From assembly GCF_016863135.1 (NCBI RefSeq), contig NZ_BOOH01000011.1, positions 43,141 through 107,140 of the forward strand: 64,000 nt of DNA. Direction: 5' to 3'. Within the stretch, counting starts at the first letter, position 1, and each line of letters begins with the position of its first letter. Under the pieces are notes generated by a model. That model was given only the letters and a program-made list of their open reading frames with translations, searched no databases and was not told where the DNA came from. This stretch comes from Planobispora longispora. GTDB taxonomy: Bacteria > Actinomycetota > Actinomycetes > Streptosporangiales > Streptosporangiaceae. Shown here piece after piece: positions 44,140-57,624 of the stretch. The position numbers were made by a program, and so were the translations under genes.

Positions 44140-47100
44140 GTGGACTTTCGGGTGCTGGGGCCGGTCGAGGTGATCGGTGACGATGGGACGCCCCTGGACG
44201 TCGGGTCCTATCAGCAGCGGGTGGTGCTGGCCCTGTGCGCGCTCGCCGCGCCCCGCCCGGTCCCGCTGAGCCGCGTGGTCGACGTCCTCTGGGGGGACGA
44301 GCCGCCCCCCGGGGCGGTCAACACCGTCCAGGCCTACGTCTCCAAGCTCCGCCGGGTCTTCGAGCCGGACAGGCCGCGGAACACGCCCCCCGCGATCCTG
44401 GTCAGCAGGCCCGGCGGCTACGCCCTGGAGATCCCCGAGACGGGACTCGACCTGAGCCGGGCACGCGCGCACGCGGCCGAGGGCAGGCGCAGGGCCGCGG
44501 CCGGCGACCACCGGGGCGCGGGGGAGGAGCTCCGGCGGGCGCTGGGCGAGTGGCGCGGGGAACCGCTGACCGACTTCGCGGAGGCCTCCTGGGCGGAGGA
44601 GGAGATCGCGCACCTGGTGGAGTTCCGGCTGACCCTGGAGGAGGACGCCGCGGAGGCGGACCTCGCGCTCGGCCTGGGCGAGGCGCTCACCGGGCGGCTG
44701 GCCCGGCTGGTGGCGGCCCACCCGTTCCGGGAGCGGCTCCGCGTGCTCGGCGCGCACGCGCTTTACCAGGCCGGACGGCAGGCCGACGCGCTGGCCGTCC
44801 TCGCCGAGGGGCGCAGGCTGCTGGTGGAGGACCTCGGGCTCGACCCCGGGCCCCGGGCGCGGGAGATGGAGCGGCGCATCCTCGCCCAGGACGCCGCGCT
44901 CATGCCCCGGGTCCGCGTCACGGCCGAGGCCCCCCGGCTGGTCGGGCGGGAGGCGGAGACCGGGGAACTGCGCCGCGCGGTGGCGGAGGACGGCCACCGG
45001 GTGGTGCTGCTGGCGGGGGAGCCCGGCATCGGTAAGACCAGCCTGGCCGAGCAGGCGGCGGAGGCCGCCGCGGCTCTCGGTCACCGGGTGGTCTGGGGCC
45101 GGTGCTGGGACGGGACCGGCGCGCCGCCGTTCTGGCCGTGGACGCAGGCCGTACAGGAACTCGCGGGGGTGGACGGCGGGCTGGGGCGGCTCGCCGGGAG
45201 CGGACGGTTCGAGCTCTACGAGGCGTTCGCCGGGCTGCTGAACGAGCACGGCCGGGTCCTGGTCGTCCTCGACGACCTCCAGTGGGCCGACGCCTCCTCG
45301 CTGCGGCTGCTGGAGTTCCTCGCCACGACCCGGCTCTGCCCCGGGCTGACCGTGGTCGCCACCTACCGCGACACCGACGTGCGGCCCGGCGGCGCGCTGG
45401 AGCAGGCCCTCGGCACGCTGGTACGGCTCCCGCACGCACGGCGGCTCCTGCTGCGCGGGCTGGGCGAGGCCGAGATCCGCCAGTATCTCGACAGGGCCGG
45501 GGCCGACCCGGAACGGGCCGCCGAGATGGCCGGGCTGACCGCGGGCAATCCGTTCTTCCTCGGGGAGATCCTGCACCTGGGGGAGACTCCGGGGGCTCTG
45601 TCCGACGTCGTGCGGGGGCGGATGGCCGGCCTGCCGCCGGAGACCGAGGAGGTGCTCACCGCCGCCGCCCTGCTCGGCAGGGACGCGGCCACCGACATCC
45701 TGCTCCGGGTGGCCGAGCCGCCCGAGGAGCGGGTGCTCGACATCCTCGACGCGGCGGTACGGGCCCGGCTGCTGACCGAGGGAGACGGGCCGGTCTTCCG
45801 GTTCGTCCACGACATCGTCCGCGACGTGCTGCGCGAGGCGCTGCCCCCGTCGCGCCGCAGGCGCCTGCACGCCAGGATCGCCGAGGTGCTGGAGGAGCGG
45901 AGCGGCACCCGGCTCACCGAGATCGCCCACCACTACCGCGAGGGCGTCCTGAGCGGGCGCATGGCGGGCAAGGCCATCGGGTACACCCGCCGTGCCGCGG
46001 CCCAGGCGACGGCGCAGTTCGCCCACGAGGACGCGGTGGAGCACCTGGAGCGGGCGATCGCGCTGATCGGCCAGTTGCCCAGATCCGATGACGCGCTCCG
46101 CTGCGACCTCCTGCTGGATCTGGCCGAGGCGCAGGCGGCGGCGGGGATGAGCACCGCCGCGCACGTCTCGCTGGAGAGCGCCGCGGGGATCGCCGAGGAG
46201 CTCGGCGACGACAGCCGGCTGGCCCGGGCGGCGCTGGGCCTGTCCGACCAGATCTACCTCGCGATGTACGAGGAGGTGACCGAGGTCGAGCGGCTCGCCG
46301 AGCGCATCGACCGGGCGCTCGCCTCGGACCTGGCCGAGGAGTCGCCCTGGCGGGCCCGGCTCCTGGCCGCCTCGGCGTTCATCGGGTCCACCGGGCGGCC
46401 CGTCGAGCGGAGCCGGGAGCTGGCGGCGCGGGCCGTACGGCTGGCCCGCCGCACCGGGGACGACCGGGCCCTGTCCAGGGCGCTGATCGTCCAGGAACTG
46501 CTGCTCCGGACCGGCCACGACCACGATCTCCGGCGGGAGGTCGTCGGGGAGATCATCGAGATCGGGGCCCGCACCGGTGACCTGATGACCGAGTGGATCG
46601 GGCGGGAGGTCGAGTACGTCCTGCTGACCTCCCAGGGCACGACCGGCGGGGCGGAGCGGGCACTGGCCTGGCTGCGGGAGACCGCGGGCCGGCTCCGGCT
46701 CCCCTCGATGGTCAGCCTGGCGGCCTGGCAGACGGCGGTCCACGCCCACCTGACCGGACGGCCCGCCGAGGCGCTGGCGGCGGCCGAGGAGTCCGGCGCG
46801 GTCTACCCGGAGGGGGCGCTCGGCCGCGGTGACGCGCGGCTGCGCAGCGAGACCTTCCGCTTCCTGGGGCTGCGGCGGGAGGGGCGCCCGGCGGAGGCGC
46901 TGGCCCTGGCCGAGGAGCTCCTCACCCTCCGTCCCGGCCAGCGGCCCTGGCGGATCCTGCGCTGCCTGGCCCTGATCGACCTCGGCCGTTCCGAGGAGGG
47001 ACGGATCGAGCAGGCGCGGGCCGAGTTCGCGGGGTTCGCCCGCGACGGCTTCGCGGAGATCCTTCCCGACCTGCCCTACCGGTTCGTCGCCGACGCCCTC

Positions 47101-47352
47101 AGCGAGATCTGCTCCGGTCTGGGAGACGCCGGGGCGGGCCGGGTCCTCTACGGCCACCTGGCCCCGGACTCCGGGCGGCTGCTGGGCTGGTCGGTGGCCG
47201 ACCTGTGCCTGGCGCGGCTGGCCCTGCTGGACGGCGACCGGGAGCGGGCCGGGAAACACCTGCGGGCGGCCGAGACGTTCGTCCGCCGCGCGGGGCTGCA
47301 CGTCTACGAGCCCGTCCTGGAGACGCTGGCGAAGGAGCTCCCGGCCAGGTGA
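44140..47352 (+). CDS. SARP/AfsR-family transcriptional regulator (OmpR-type wHTH + BTAD + NB-ARC ATPase + TPR)
   Basis: N-terminus VDFRVLGPVEV...YQQRVVLALCAL...VSKLRR is an OmpR/SARP DNA-binding domain. A BTAD region and a P-loop (LLAGEPGIGKTSLA) follow, then a helical-repeat C-terminus. Confidence 0.85.
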   Translation: MDFRVLGPVEVIGDDGTPLDVGSYQQRVVLALCALAAPRPVPLSRVVDVLWGDEPPPGAVNTVQAYVSKLRRVFEPDRPRNTPPAILVSRPGGYALEIPETGLDLSRARAHAAEGRRRAAAGDHRGAGEELRRALGEWRGEPLTDFAEASWAEEEIAHLVEFRLTLEEDAAEADLALGLGEALTGRLARLVAAHPFRERLRVLGAHALYQAGRQADALAVLAEGRRLLVEDLGLDPGPRAREMERRILAQDAALMPRVRVTAEAPRLVGREAETGELRRAVAEDGHRVVLLAGEPGIGKTSLAEQAAEAAAALGHRVVWGRCWDGTGAPPFWPWTQAVQELAGVDGGLGRLAGSGRFELYEAFAGLLNEHGRVLVVLDDLQWADASSLRLLEFLATTRLCPGLTVVATYRDTDVRPGGALEQALGTLVRLPHARRLLLRGLGEAEIRQYLDRAGADPERAAEMAGLTAGNPFFLGEILHLGETPGALSDVVRGRMAGLPPETEEVLTAAALLGRDAATDILLRVAEPPEERVLDILDAAVRARLLTEGDGPVFRFVHDIVRDVLREALPPSRRRRLHARIAEVLEERSGTRLTEIAHHYREGVLSGRMAGKAIGYTRRAAAQATAQFAHEDAVEHLERAIALIGQLPRSDDALRCDLLLDLAEAQAAAGMSTAAHVSLESAAGIAEELGDDSRLARAALGLSDQIYLAMYEEVTEVERLAERIDRALASDLAEESPWRARLLAASAFIGSTGRPVERSRELAARAVRLARRTGDDRALSRALIVQELLLRTGHDHDLRREVVGEIIEIGARTGDLMTEWIGREVEYVLLTSQGTTGGAERALAWLRETAGRLRLPSMVSLAAWQTAVHAHLTGRPAEALAAAEESGAVYPEGALGRGDARLRSETFRFLGLRREGRPAEALALAEELLTLRPGQRPWRILRCLALIDLGRSEEGRIEQARAEFAGFARDGFAEILPDLPYRFVADALSEICSGLGDAGAGRVLYGHLAPDSGRLLGWSVADLCLARLALLDGDRERAGKHLRAAETFVRRAGLHVYEPVLETLAKELPAR

Positions 47353-47556
47353 CCCGGCCGGAAAGCCTTCCGGGGGTGACGGGCTGAGACGGTCCTGGAG
47401 AAGTCGGTCCCGAAGAGGTGAATCCTTTCGCGGCGCGGGGGCCTCTTATGGGGGTGACGATCACGCGGGGAAGGAGATCCGGATGGGTGACGCCGTGCTG
47501 CCGGCCGTTCGGCAGGCACTGTTCACGACTTCGTTCCGCCGGCGGAGGTGCGGACG

Positions 47557-48131
47557 TGGCTGATCGCGGCTGGGCGAGCACGCGGCTCATCGAGGCCGCG
47601 CAGGCCGGTGATCGAGAGTCGATCACCGCGGTGGTCCACGGCGCCCATTCCCATGTGCGGCGCTTCGCCGAGCATCTTTGCGCCTCTCCGCAAGATGCCG
47701 AGGACGCCGCGCAGGAAGCACTGATCATCCTCTATCGGAAGATCGGTTCGCTGCGCGCCACCGGGGCGCTGGCATCGTGGATGTTCCGAATCGTCCGGAA
47801 CGAGTGCCTGCGCCGGGCTCGGTTGCTGTTCGACCACTATGACGGAGCCGGCGCCGGCCTGGCGACGTCGGCCGAGGACGAGGTCATCCGGCGTCTGGAA
47901 GCCGACCTCGTCGCACAGGCGATCAAGGAGCTGCCGGAGGTCCAGCGCAGAGTGTTGATCATGCGGGATGTGCTGGGCCATCCGGGACGGGTGGTCGCGG
48001 AGAGGCTCGGGCTGAGCGACGCCGCGATGAAGTCCCAGCTGCACCGGGCACGCGGCAGGCTACGGCACAGCCTGGACGGAAAGGGCCACGCCGCCGGCGG
48101 CCCGGACGGGGCCGGAACCGCCGGCGCCTGA
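47557..48131 (+). CDS. ECF sigma-70 factor
   Basis: Region 2 (AQEALIILYRKIGSLRATGALASWMFRIVRNECLRRAR) and region 4 (LPEVQRRVLIMRDVLGHPGRVVAERLGLSDAAMKSQLHRARGRLRH). GTG start with GGAGG upstream. Confidence 0.75.
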
Positions 48132-48179
48132 CCTGAGCGGACCGTATTTCCACAACCCGAGTCGAAGGGGAGCTTCACC

Positions 48180-48641
48180 ATGCTCGAAACCGGATCGCCC
48201 GCACCCGACATCGTGCTGGAGGACACCGACGGCCAAGTCGTCCGTCTGTCCGACTACCGGGGCGACCAGGCCGTACTCGTCTACTTCATGCGGTCCACGT
48301 CGTGCCCGGTCTGCAACCGGCATGTCCACGACCTCATCCGGCGCCGCGACGAGTTCGCCGCCGGCGGCCTCCGGGTGTTCGTCGCGGTTCCCGAGGACCG
48401 CCGGACGGCGGCCGAGTGGAAGACCAGGCGCCGGATCCCGTTCCCCGTCCTCACCGGCCGCGGCGGCGCCCCGCACGAGATGATCGGCCTGAGCAGGAAG
48501 GTCTTCGGCTCGCTGCAGCAGTCGGGCAGCGTCCTCATCGATTCCCGGGGAATCGTCCGCCACGCCCACGGCGCCACCATGCCCACCGGCGGTTACGACA
48601 GGAAGGGGATCACCGCCGCCGTCCGGGCCCTCCGCGCATAG
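48180..48641 (+). CDS. thioredoxin-fold redoxin (AhpC/TSA/peroxiredoxin-like)
   Basis: Conserved CPVC redox motif, and DGQVVRLSDYRGDQAVLVYFM matches the redoxin N-terminal pattern. Confidence 0.7.
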   Translation: MLETGSPAPDIVLEDTDGQVVRLSDYRGDQAVLVYFMRSTSCPVCNRHVHDLIRRRDEFAAGGLRVFVAVPEDRRTAAEWKTRRRIPFPVLTGRGGAPHEMIGLSRKVFGSLQQSGSVLIDSRGIVRHAHGATMPTGGYDRKGITAAVRALRA

Positions 48642-48717
48642 GCGGGCGGGGACGCCCGGGGCGGGAGGAGCGGGCGGGGGCGGGTTTCGGGAGGGGGAGG
48701 CCGGTCAGGGGAGGTCC

Positions 48718-49107
48718 ATGGTCGTGAACCGAATCCTCACCAACATCCTGTCCGACCGGCTCCCCGAGACCAGGGACTTCTTCACCGGCCTGCTGGACCT
48801 CCAGGTCAACTTCGAGGAGGACTGGTACGTCCATCTGTCGGCGCCGGGGAACCTCGGCCTGGAGGTCGCCGTCTGGCGCCGTGACCACGAGCTGATCCCG
48901 CAGGCCCACCGCGCCGCGCCGTGCGGCACGATCCTGACCGTCGTCGTGGACGACGTGGACGCCGTCCACGAGCGCGCCGTGACGATGGGCGTCGAGGTCG
49001 TCGCCCCGCCCCGCGACCAGTTCTACGGGCAGCGGAGCTGTCTGGTGCTCGATCCCAACGGCCTGCTCGTGGATGTCTCCACCCCGGTGTCCCGAACCGT
49101 CTCCTGA
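48718..49107 (+). CDS. VOC/glyoxalase-family protein
   Basis: Short glyoxalase-fold protein (LDPNGLLVDV C-terminus). Confidence 0.65.
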   Translation: MVVNRILTNILSDRLPETRDFFTGLLDLQVNFEEDWYVHLSAPGNLGLEVAVWRRDHELIPQAHRAAPCGTILTVVVDDVDAVHERAVTMGVEVVAPPRDQFYGQRSCLVLDPNGLLVDVSTPVSRTVS

Positions 49108-49205
49108 ACGCGGCGGCAGCGGCGGGGGCCGTGATGCCGGGACCGGAAAGCAGGCATGGCCTGGAGAGCAATGGGCATATCTCCACACCGCTGAAGGGCG
49201 GTGAA

Positions 49206-51303
<2,098 letters not shown>

Positions 51304-51311
<8 letters not shown>

Positions 51312-53556
51312 TCCGAGGCCGCCAGACCCGGCGGCGGGCCGGCCCGCCTCCACCTACCGGTTCCAGCTGACCCCCGGCTTCGGGTTCGCCGAGGTGGCCG
51401 GACTCGCCCCCTACCTGCGGGAGCTGGGCGTCGGCCACGTCTACCTCTCGCCGATCCTGCAGTCCGTGCCGGACTCGACGCACGGCTACGACGTCACCGA
51501 CCACTCCCGGATCCGGGAGGAGTTCGGCGGGGCCGAGGGGCTGCGGGCGATGGCGGCCGCGCTCGCCGAGCACGGCCTGGGGATCGTGGTGGACATCGTC
51601 CCCAACCACATGACGGTCCCGGTGCCGGAGTCGGGCAACGCGCAGCTGTGGTCGGTGCTCGCCGAGGGGCCCGCCTCGCCGTACGCCTCGTGGTTCGACA
51701 TCCAGTGGTCGGACGGGAAAGTCAACATGCCGGTGATCGGCGACGACACCGAGCCCGTCGTGGACGGCGACGTGCTGCGCTACCACGACCACGTCTTCCC
51801 CCGCGCGGACACGCACTACCGGCTGGTCGACTGGCGGCGGGGGCCGGGGTACCGGCGTTTCTTCGACGTGTCGTCGCTGATCGGGCTCCGGGTGGAGGAC
51901 CCGGAGGTCTTCACCGCCACCCACGAGGTGATCCTCTCCCTGGTCCGGGAGGGGCTCGTCCAGGGGCTGCGGGTGGACCACCCCGACGGGCTGGCCGACC
52001 CGCGCGGCTACCTGGCCCGGTTGCGCGCCGCGTCGGGCGGGGTGTGGACCGTCGCGGAGAAGATCCTGGTCGGGGAGGAACGGCTCCCGGAGGACTGGGA
52101 CTGCGACGGCACCACCGGCTACGACGTGCTCAACCGGATCACCGGGCTGTTCGTGGACCCGGGCGGGGCCGGTCCGCTGCTCGACCTGTTCGTCCGGCAG
52201 ACGGGCGCGCCGCCCGACTACGCCGAGGTGGTCTACACGTCCAAGAAGCAGGTCCTCGACCTGTTCTTCGGCGCGGAGCTCGACCGGCTGGCCGAGGTCG
52301 CCGGGGCCGGCCGCGACGTGCTCGCGGAGCTGCTGGCCGCGATGCCCGTCTACCGGGCGTACGCGGTGCCGGGAGAGCCCGTGCCCGCGGCCTCGGCCGC
52401 CATCGTGGAGGAGGCGGGCCGGGTCGCCGCGGGGCGGCTGCCGGAGGGCGCCCCCGCGGGAGAGGCCGAGGAGGCGGTGGAGAAGGTGCTGTACGGCCCG
52501 GCCGAGGCCGTGGTCCGCTTCCAGCAGACCTGCGGCCCGGTCATGGCCAAGGGCGTGGAGGACACCGCGCTCTACCGGTGGTACCCGCTGTCGTGCCTGA
52601 ACGAGGTGGGCGGGGAGCCCGACCGGTTCGGCGGGACGCCGGAGGAGTTCCACGCCTTCTGCCGGGAGATGTCCCCGGGCACGATGACCACGCTCTCCAC
52701 CCACGACACCAAGCGCTCGGAGGACGTGCGGGCCCGGCTGGCCGTGCTGTCGGAGCTGCCCGGCCGGTGGGCGGAGGCGGTCGGGGAGTGGTCGGCCAAG
52801 GTCTCCTTCGACCCGTTCCTGGACTACCTGGCCTGGCAGAACCTGATGGCCGCCTGGCCGATCGGGCCGGACCGGTTCTTCGACTACCTGTTCAAGGCGG
52901 CCCGCGAGGCCAAGACCTCGATCTCCTGGGTCGCCCCCGACCCGGCCTACGAGGAGGGGCTGCGGGCCTTCGCGAACCGGGCGATCGGCGAGTGCGGCCC
53001 CTCGATCGCGGAGTTCACCGCCTCGATCGAGCCCTACGCGCGGTCCAACTCGCTGAGCCAGAAGCTGGTCCAGCTCATGCTGCCCGGCGTCCCCGACCTC
53101 TACTGGGGCAACGAGATCACCGACTTCTCCCTGGTGGACCCGGACAACCGCCGCCCGGTCGACTTCGAGCTGCGCCGCCGGATGCTCGCCGCGCCGGGCG
53201 TGGACGGGGGAGAGGCCGCGGAGAACGGGCGGGGCTCCTCCTGGGACGCGGCCAAGCTGCTCGTCACGAGGCGGGCGCTGAACCTGCGGCGGCGGCTCGA
53301 CCCGGCGGCGCCGTACGTCCCGCTGGAGGCCGACGAGCACGCGATCGCCTTCGCCCGCGGGGAGCAGGCGGTGGCGGTGGCGACCCGGCTCCCGGTGGGG
53401 CTGGAGCGGCGCGGCGGCTGGGGGGACCGCACGCTGACGCTGCCGCACGGGCGCTGGCGGGATCTGCTGTCCGGCGCCGAGCACACCGGGCGTGTCCCCC
53501 TGGCCCACCTGCTGTCACACCATCCGGTCGCGCTTCTGGAGAGGGAGAGGGGATAG
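51304..53556 (+). CDS. treY: malto-oligosyltrehalose synthase
   Basis: N-terminus YRFQLTPGFGFAEVAGLAPYLRELGVGHVYLSPI and VDIVPNHM. GTG start overlaps the glgX 3' end. treZ lies downstream. Confidence 0.9.
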
Positions 53557-53559
53557 CCG

Positions 53560-55269
53560 ATGTTCGAGGTCTGGGCGCCGCAGGCGCAGTCGGTCGAGGT
53601 GGAGATCGGCGGGACCCGGCATCCCATGCGGCCCGGGCGGGGCGGCTGGTGGACGGCCGAGGTGCCCGGGGCCGGCCACGGCACGGACTACCGGTTCCGG
53701 CTGGACGGCGGCGACCCGCTGCCCGACCCGCGGACCCGCTGGCAGCCCGAGGGGATCTTCGGGCCGAGCCGGGTCTACGAGCACGACCGGTTCGTGTGGA
53801 GCGACGGCCTGTGGACCGGCCGTACCCTGCCCGGCTCGATCATCTACGAGCTGCACATCGGCACCTTCACCCCGGCCGGGACCTTCGAGGCGGCGATCGA
53901 GAAACTGGACCACCTGGCCGAGCTGGGCGTCGGCTTCGTGGAGGTCATGCCGGTGCCGCCGGTCCCCGGCGAGCGCAACTGGGGTTACGACGGGGTGGAC
54001 CTGTGGGCGGTCACCGACAACTACGGCGGTCCCGACGGGCTCAAGCGTTTCGTGGACGCCTGTCACCGCCGGGGGCTCGGAGTGATCCTCGACGTCGTCT
54101 ACAACCACCTCGGGCCGTCGGGCAACTTCCTGGCCCCCTTCGGCCCCTACTTCCACTCCTCCGCCTCCTCGTTCTGGGGGCAGGCGGTCAACCTGGACGG
54201 TCCCGGCTCCGACGAGGTGCGCCGCTACTTCATCGGCAACGCGCTGCAGTGGCTGCGCGACTACCACATCGACGGGCTGCGCCTGGACGCCGTGCACGCG
54301 CTGCACGACGAACGCGCCACGCACTTCCTGGAGGAGCTGGCCGTCGAGGTGGACGCGCTCTCGGCCGCCCTCGGCCGCCCGCTGACGCTCATCGCCGAGT
54401 CCGATCTCAACGACCCCGGGCTGATGACCCCGCGCGAGGCCGGCGGGTACGGCCTGGCCGCGGCCTGGAACGACGACGTCCACCACGCCCTGCACGCGGC
54501 GGTGACCGGCGAGCGGCACGGCTACTACGAGGATTTCGCCACCGCGTCGCCGCTGTCCCTGGCCAAGGTGCTGACCTCGGCCTACTACCACGACGGGACC
54601 TACTCGGCCTTCCGCGGGCGCGGTCACGGCCGCCCGGCCCGGCACGTCCCGGGCCACCGGTTCGTCGTCTGCGCGCAGAACCACGACCAGATCGGCAACC
54701 GCGCCGAGGGCGACCGGATGGACCCCGAGGCGCTCCGGCTGGCCGCCGGGCTCCTGCTGACCTCGCCGTTCACGCCCATGTTGTTCATGGGCGAGGAGTG
54801 GGGGGCGCGCACGCCGTTCCTGTTCTTCACCGACCACGTCGAGCCTGCGCTGCGGGAGGGCGAGGCCGACCGGCGGCGCCGGGAGTTCGTGGGCTTCGGC
54901 TACGACGACTGGGCGGAGAAGGCGCCCGACCCGGGCGAGGAGATGACGTTCCTGCGCTCCAAGCTCGACTGGAGCGAGCTCGACGACCCGGCCCACCGCG
55001 CCCATCTCGACTGGTACCGCGCCCTGGTCGCGCTGCGCCGTACGCACCCGGACCTGTCGGACTCCCGGCTGGACCGGGTCCGGGTGGAGCACGGCGACGG
55101 CTGGCTGGTCGTCCACCGGGGGGCCTTCCGGGTGACGGCCAACCTCGGCCGCGCCCCGGTCACGCTCCAGACCGAGCCCGCCGAGATCGTGCTCGCCTCC
55201 GACCCCGGCGTCCACCTGGGGCCCGATCTCGTCCTCCCGCCCCGCTCCCTGGCGATCCTGCGGGTCTGA
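53560..55269 (+). CDS. treZ: malto-oligosyltrehalose trehalohydrolase
   Basis: GH13 motifs VILDVVYNHLGP, GLRLDAVHA, AESD and QNHDQIGNR. Confidence 0.9.
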   Translation: MFEVWAPQAQSVEVEIGGTRHPMRPGRGGWWTAEVPGAGHGTDYRFRLDGGDPLPDPRTRWQPEGIFGPSRVYEHDRFVWSDGLWTGRTLPGSIIYELHIGTFTPAGTFEAAIEKLDHLAELGVGFVEVMPVPPVPGERNWGYDGVDLWAVTDNYGGPDGLKRFVDACHRRGLGVILDVVYNHLGPSGNFLAPFGPYFHSSASSFWGQAVNLDGPGSDEVRRYFIGNALQWLRDYHIDGLRLDAVHALHDERATHFLEELAVEVDALSAALGRPLTLIAESDLNDPGLMTPREAGGYGLAAAWNDDVHHALHAAVTGERHGYYEDFATASPLSLAKVLTSAYYHDGTYSAFRGRGHGRPARHVPGHRFVVCAQNHDQIGNRAEGDRMDPEALRLAAGLLLTSPFTPMLFMGEEWGARTPFLFFTDHVEPALREGEADRRRREFVGFGYDDWAEKAPDPGEEMTFLRSKLDWSELDDPAHRAHLDWYRALVALRRTHPDLSDSRLDRVRVEHGDGWLVVHRGAFRVTANLGRAPVTLQTEPAEIVLASDPGVHLGPDLVLPPRSLAILRV

Positions 55270-55376
55270 CCGCCCGGCGTTCCGCACGGCCCGCCCGCGG
55301 GGAGTGCAACCGCCGGCGACCCCGGCGGCGAAGGGATCCGTGTGGGCAGTCACCGACATTTCAAGGGACGGGCACG

Positions 55377-57512
55377 GTGCGGAGCGTGAGCGCGGCGGTG
55401 TGCGGGCGCAGGGGCAAATGGGTGGTCCTCGTGATCTGGCTGCTGCTGGCGGCCGGGGCGGGGATGCTCGGCGGCAGGCTGGAGGAGGTCCAGAGCAACG
55501 ACCCGGCGTCGTTCCTGCCGGACGGGGCCGAGTCCACGGTGGTGCAGGAGGCGCAGCGCCGGTCCGCGGCCGGGAACCAGGTCCCGGCGATCGTGGTCTA
55601 CCAGGGGCGGCCGGTGGCCGAGGCCGCCGCGGACGCCGAGCGGTTCGCGGAGGTGGAGGGGGTCGCCGGGCGGGTGTCGCCCCCGGTCCCCGCTCCCGGC
55701 GCGGAGGCCGTGCAGGTCGTCGTGCCGCTGGACGGGAGCGACTACGGCGCGCTGACCGCGGCGGTCGACCGGATCCGCGAGATCACCGGTGACCGCGCGT
55801 ACGTGACCGGCCCGGCGGGGCAGAGCGCCGACACCATCGAGGTCTTCGGGTCGATCGACGCGACGCTCCTGGCGGCGACCTCCGCCGTGGTCGTCCTGGT
55901 GCTGCTGCTGACCTACCGCAGCCCGCTGCTGTGGCTGATCCCGTTCCTGTCGGCGGGCGTGGCGCTGGCCTGCTCGCGGGCGGGCAACTACCTGCTGGCC
56001 GAGTACGCCGGCCTGACCGTGAACGGGCAGAGCGGGGGCATCCTGCTGGTGCTGGTCTTCGGCATCGCCACCGACTACGCGCTGCTGCTGGTCGCCCGCT
56101 ACCGCGAGGAACTCGCCCTGCACGAGGACCGGCACGAGGCGATGGCCTCCGCGCTGCGCCGGGCCACCCCGGCGATCGCGGCCAGCGCGGCGACCGTGGC
56201 GGCCGGGCTCTGCTGCCTGCTGGTGGCCGAGCAGAACGCCACGCGCGGGCTCGGGCCGGTCTGCGCGGTGGGGGTGGCCTGCGCGCTGGCCGCCATGCTC
56301 ACCCTGCTGCCCGCGCTGCTGGTGATCGTCCCGCGCGGGGTGTTCTGGCCGAGGGTCCCGGTGTACGGCGGCGCGGCCGAGACCGGGTCGCGGCTCTGGG
56401 ACCGGATCGGCCGCGTGATCGCCCGCCGTCCCCGGATCACCTGGCTCGGGACGGCGGCGGCCCTGGGCGGCCTGGCCCTGACGCTGACGGCCGCGACCGT
56501 CGGGCCGCTGGCCGATGCCGACGCCTACCGCGCCGAGCCCGAGTCCGTACGCGGCGCGCAGGTCCTGGACCGGTACTTCGGCACCGGTCAGGAGGGGTCG
56601 CTGGTGGTGCTGGCCCCGGAGGGCGAGGCCGAGCGGATCGCGGCGGCGGTGGCCGCGGACCCGGGCGTCGAGCGGATCGGGGACCGGGGCGCGGGCGGGC
56701 GGCCCGGCGGCGCGGACGGGCGGCCGGACGATGCGGGCGAGAGGCCGGACGGCGGCGCCCAGGCGGTGGACGGCCGGGTCCTGCTCCGCGGCACGTTGAA
56801 GGACGCTCCGGACAGCCGGGCCGCCTACGAGACGGTCGAGCGGCTCAGGGAGATCCCCGGCGCCACGGTCGGCGGCACCGCCGCGGTCAACCTGGACGGC
56901 ACGCTCGCCTCCGAGCGCGACCTGCGGGTCGTCGTCCCCCTGATCCTGGGGGTCATCCTGGTCATCCTGGTGGTCCTGCTCCGGGCGCTGGTCGCGCCGC
57001 TGCTGCTGATGGCCACCGTCGTGCTGTCCTTCGCGGCGGCGCTCGGGGTGAGCGGCCTGATCTTCACGGAGCTGTTCGGCTTCGCCGCCGTGGACACCGG
57101 AGTGCCGCTGCTGGCCTTCGTCTTCCTGGTGGCGGTCGGCGTCGACTACAACATCTTCCTGATCACCCGGGTCCGGGAGGAGGCCGCGGTCCGCGGCACG
57201 CGCGAGGCCGCCCTCGTCGGGCTCTCCGCCACGGGAGGGGTGATCACCTCGGCGGGCGTGGTGCTCGCGGCCACCTTCGCGGTGCTGGGCGTGCTGCCCC
57301 TGGTGGTCCTGGCCGAGCTGGGCTTCGTCGTCGCGTTCGGCGTCCTGCTCGACACCTTCGTGGTCCGCTCGGTCCTGCTGACCGCGCTGACGCTGGACGT
57401 GGGCCGGTGGATGTGGTGGCCGGACCGGCGGCTCACCCGGGAGCGGGCGGACGGCTCCGGCGGCGTCGCCGTCGCGGAGACGGCGAGGAGCGCGGCCGTC
57501 CGGCGGGGATGA
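55377..57512 (+). CDS. MMPL-family (RND-superfamily) membrane transporter
   Basis: Two six-TM bundles with intervening extracytoplasmic domains, and an MMPL-type motif (GVDYNIFLITRVREE). The track ORF is a frame fusion with upstream genes; GTG at 55377 chosen. Confidence 0.75.
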   Translation: MRSVSAAVCGRRGKWVVLVIWLLLAAGAGMLGGRLEEVQSNDPASFLPDGAESTVVQEAQRRSAAGNQVPAIVVYQGRPVAEAAADAERFAEVEGVAGRVSPPVPAPGAEAVQVVVPLDGSDYGALTAAVDRIREITGDRAYVTGPAGQSADTIEVFGSIDATLLAATSAVVVLVLLLTYRSPLLWLIPFLSAGVALACSRAGNYLLAEYAGLTVNGQSGGILLVLVFGIATDYALLLVARYREELALHEDRHEAMASALRRATPAIAASAATVAAGLCCLLVAEQNATRGLGPVCAVGVACALAAMLTLLPALLVIVPRGVFWPRVPVYGGAAETGSRLWDRIGRVIARRPRITWLGTAAALGGLALTLTAATVGPLADADAYRAEPESVRGAQVLDRYFGTGQEGSLVVLAPEGEAERIAAAVAADPGVERIGDRGAGGRPGGADGRPDDAGERPDGGAQAVDGRVLLRGTLKDAPDSRAAYETVERLREIPGATVGGTAAVNLDGTLASERDLRVVVPLILGVILVILVVLLRALVAPLLLMATVVLSFAAALGVSGLIFTELFGFAAVDTGVPLLAFVFLVAVGVDYNIFLITRVREEAAVRGTREAALVGLSATGGVITSAGVVLAATFAVLGVLPLVVLAELGFVVAFGVLLDTFVVRSVLLTALTLDVGRWMWWPDRRLTRERADGSGGVAVAETARSAAVRRG

Positions 57513-57624
57513 GGAGCGCGGCCGCCGGGTGATCGCCTCTCCGGCGGCGAAGAGACGGCCGGCCCGTGACGGGCCGGCCGTTTCCGCGGCTCAGGCCGGG
57601 ACGTGGTCGCGCGGGCGTCCGGGC

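Noticed and set aside
43795-47301. 1,168-aa minus-strand ORF
   Set aside because: Antisense to the SARP/AfsR gene, which carries clear wHTH, P-loop and BTAD motifs on the + strand. Its Arg/Pro/Gly-rich low-complexity translation is typical of high-GC antisense frames.
51648-57512. 1,954-aa + ORF
   Set aside because: A frame that reads through treY/treZ in the wrong register. Only its last ~711 codons (from GTG 55377) correspond to a real MMPL transporter.
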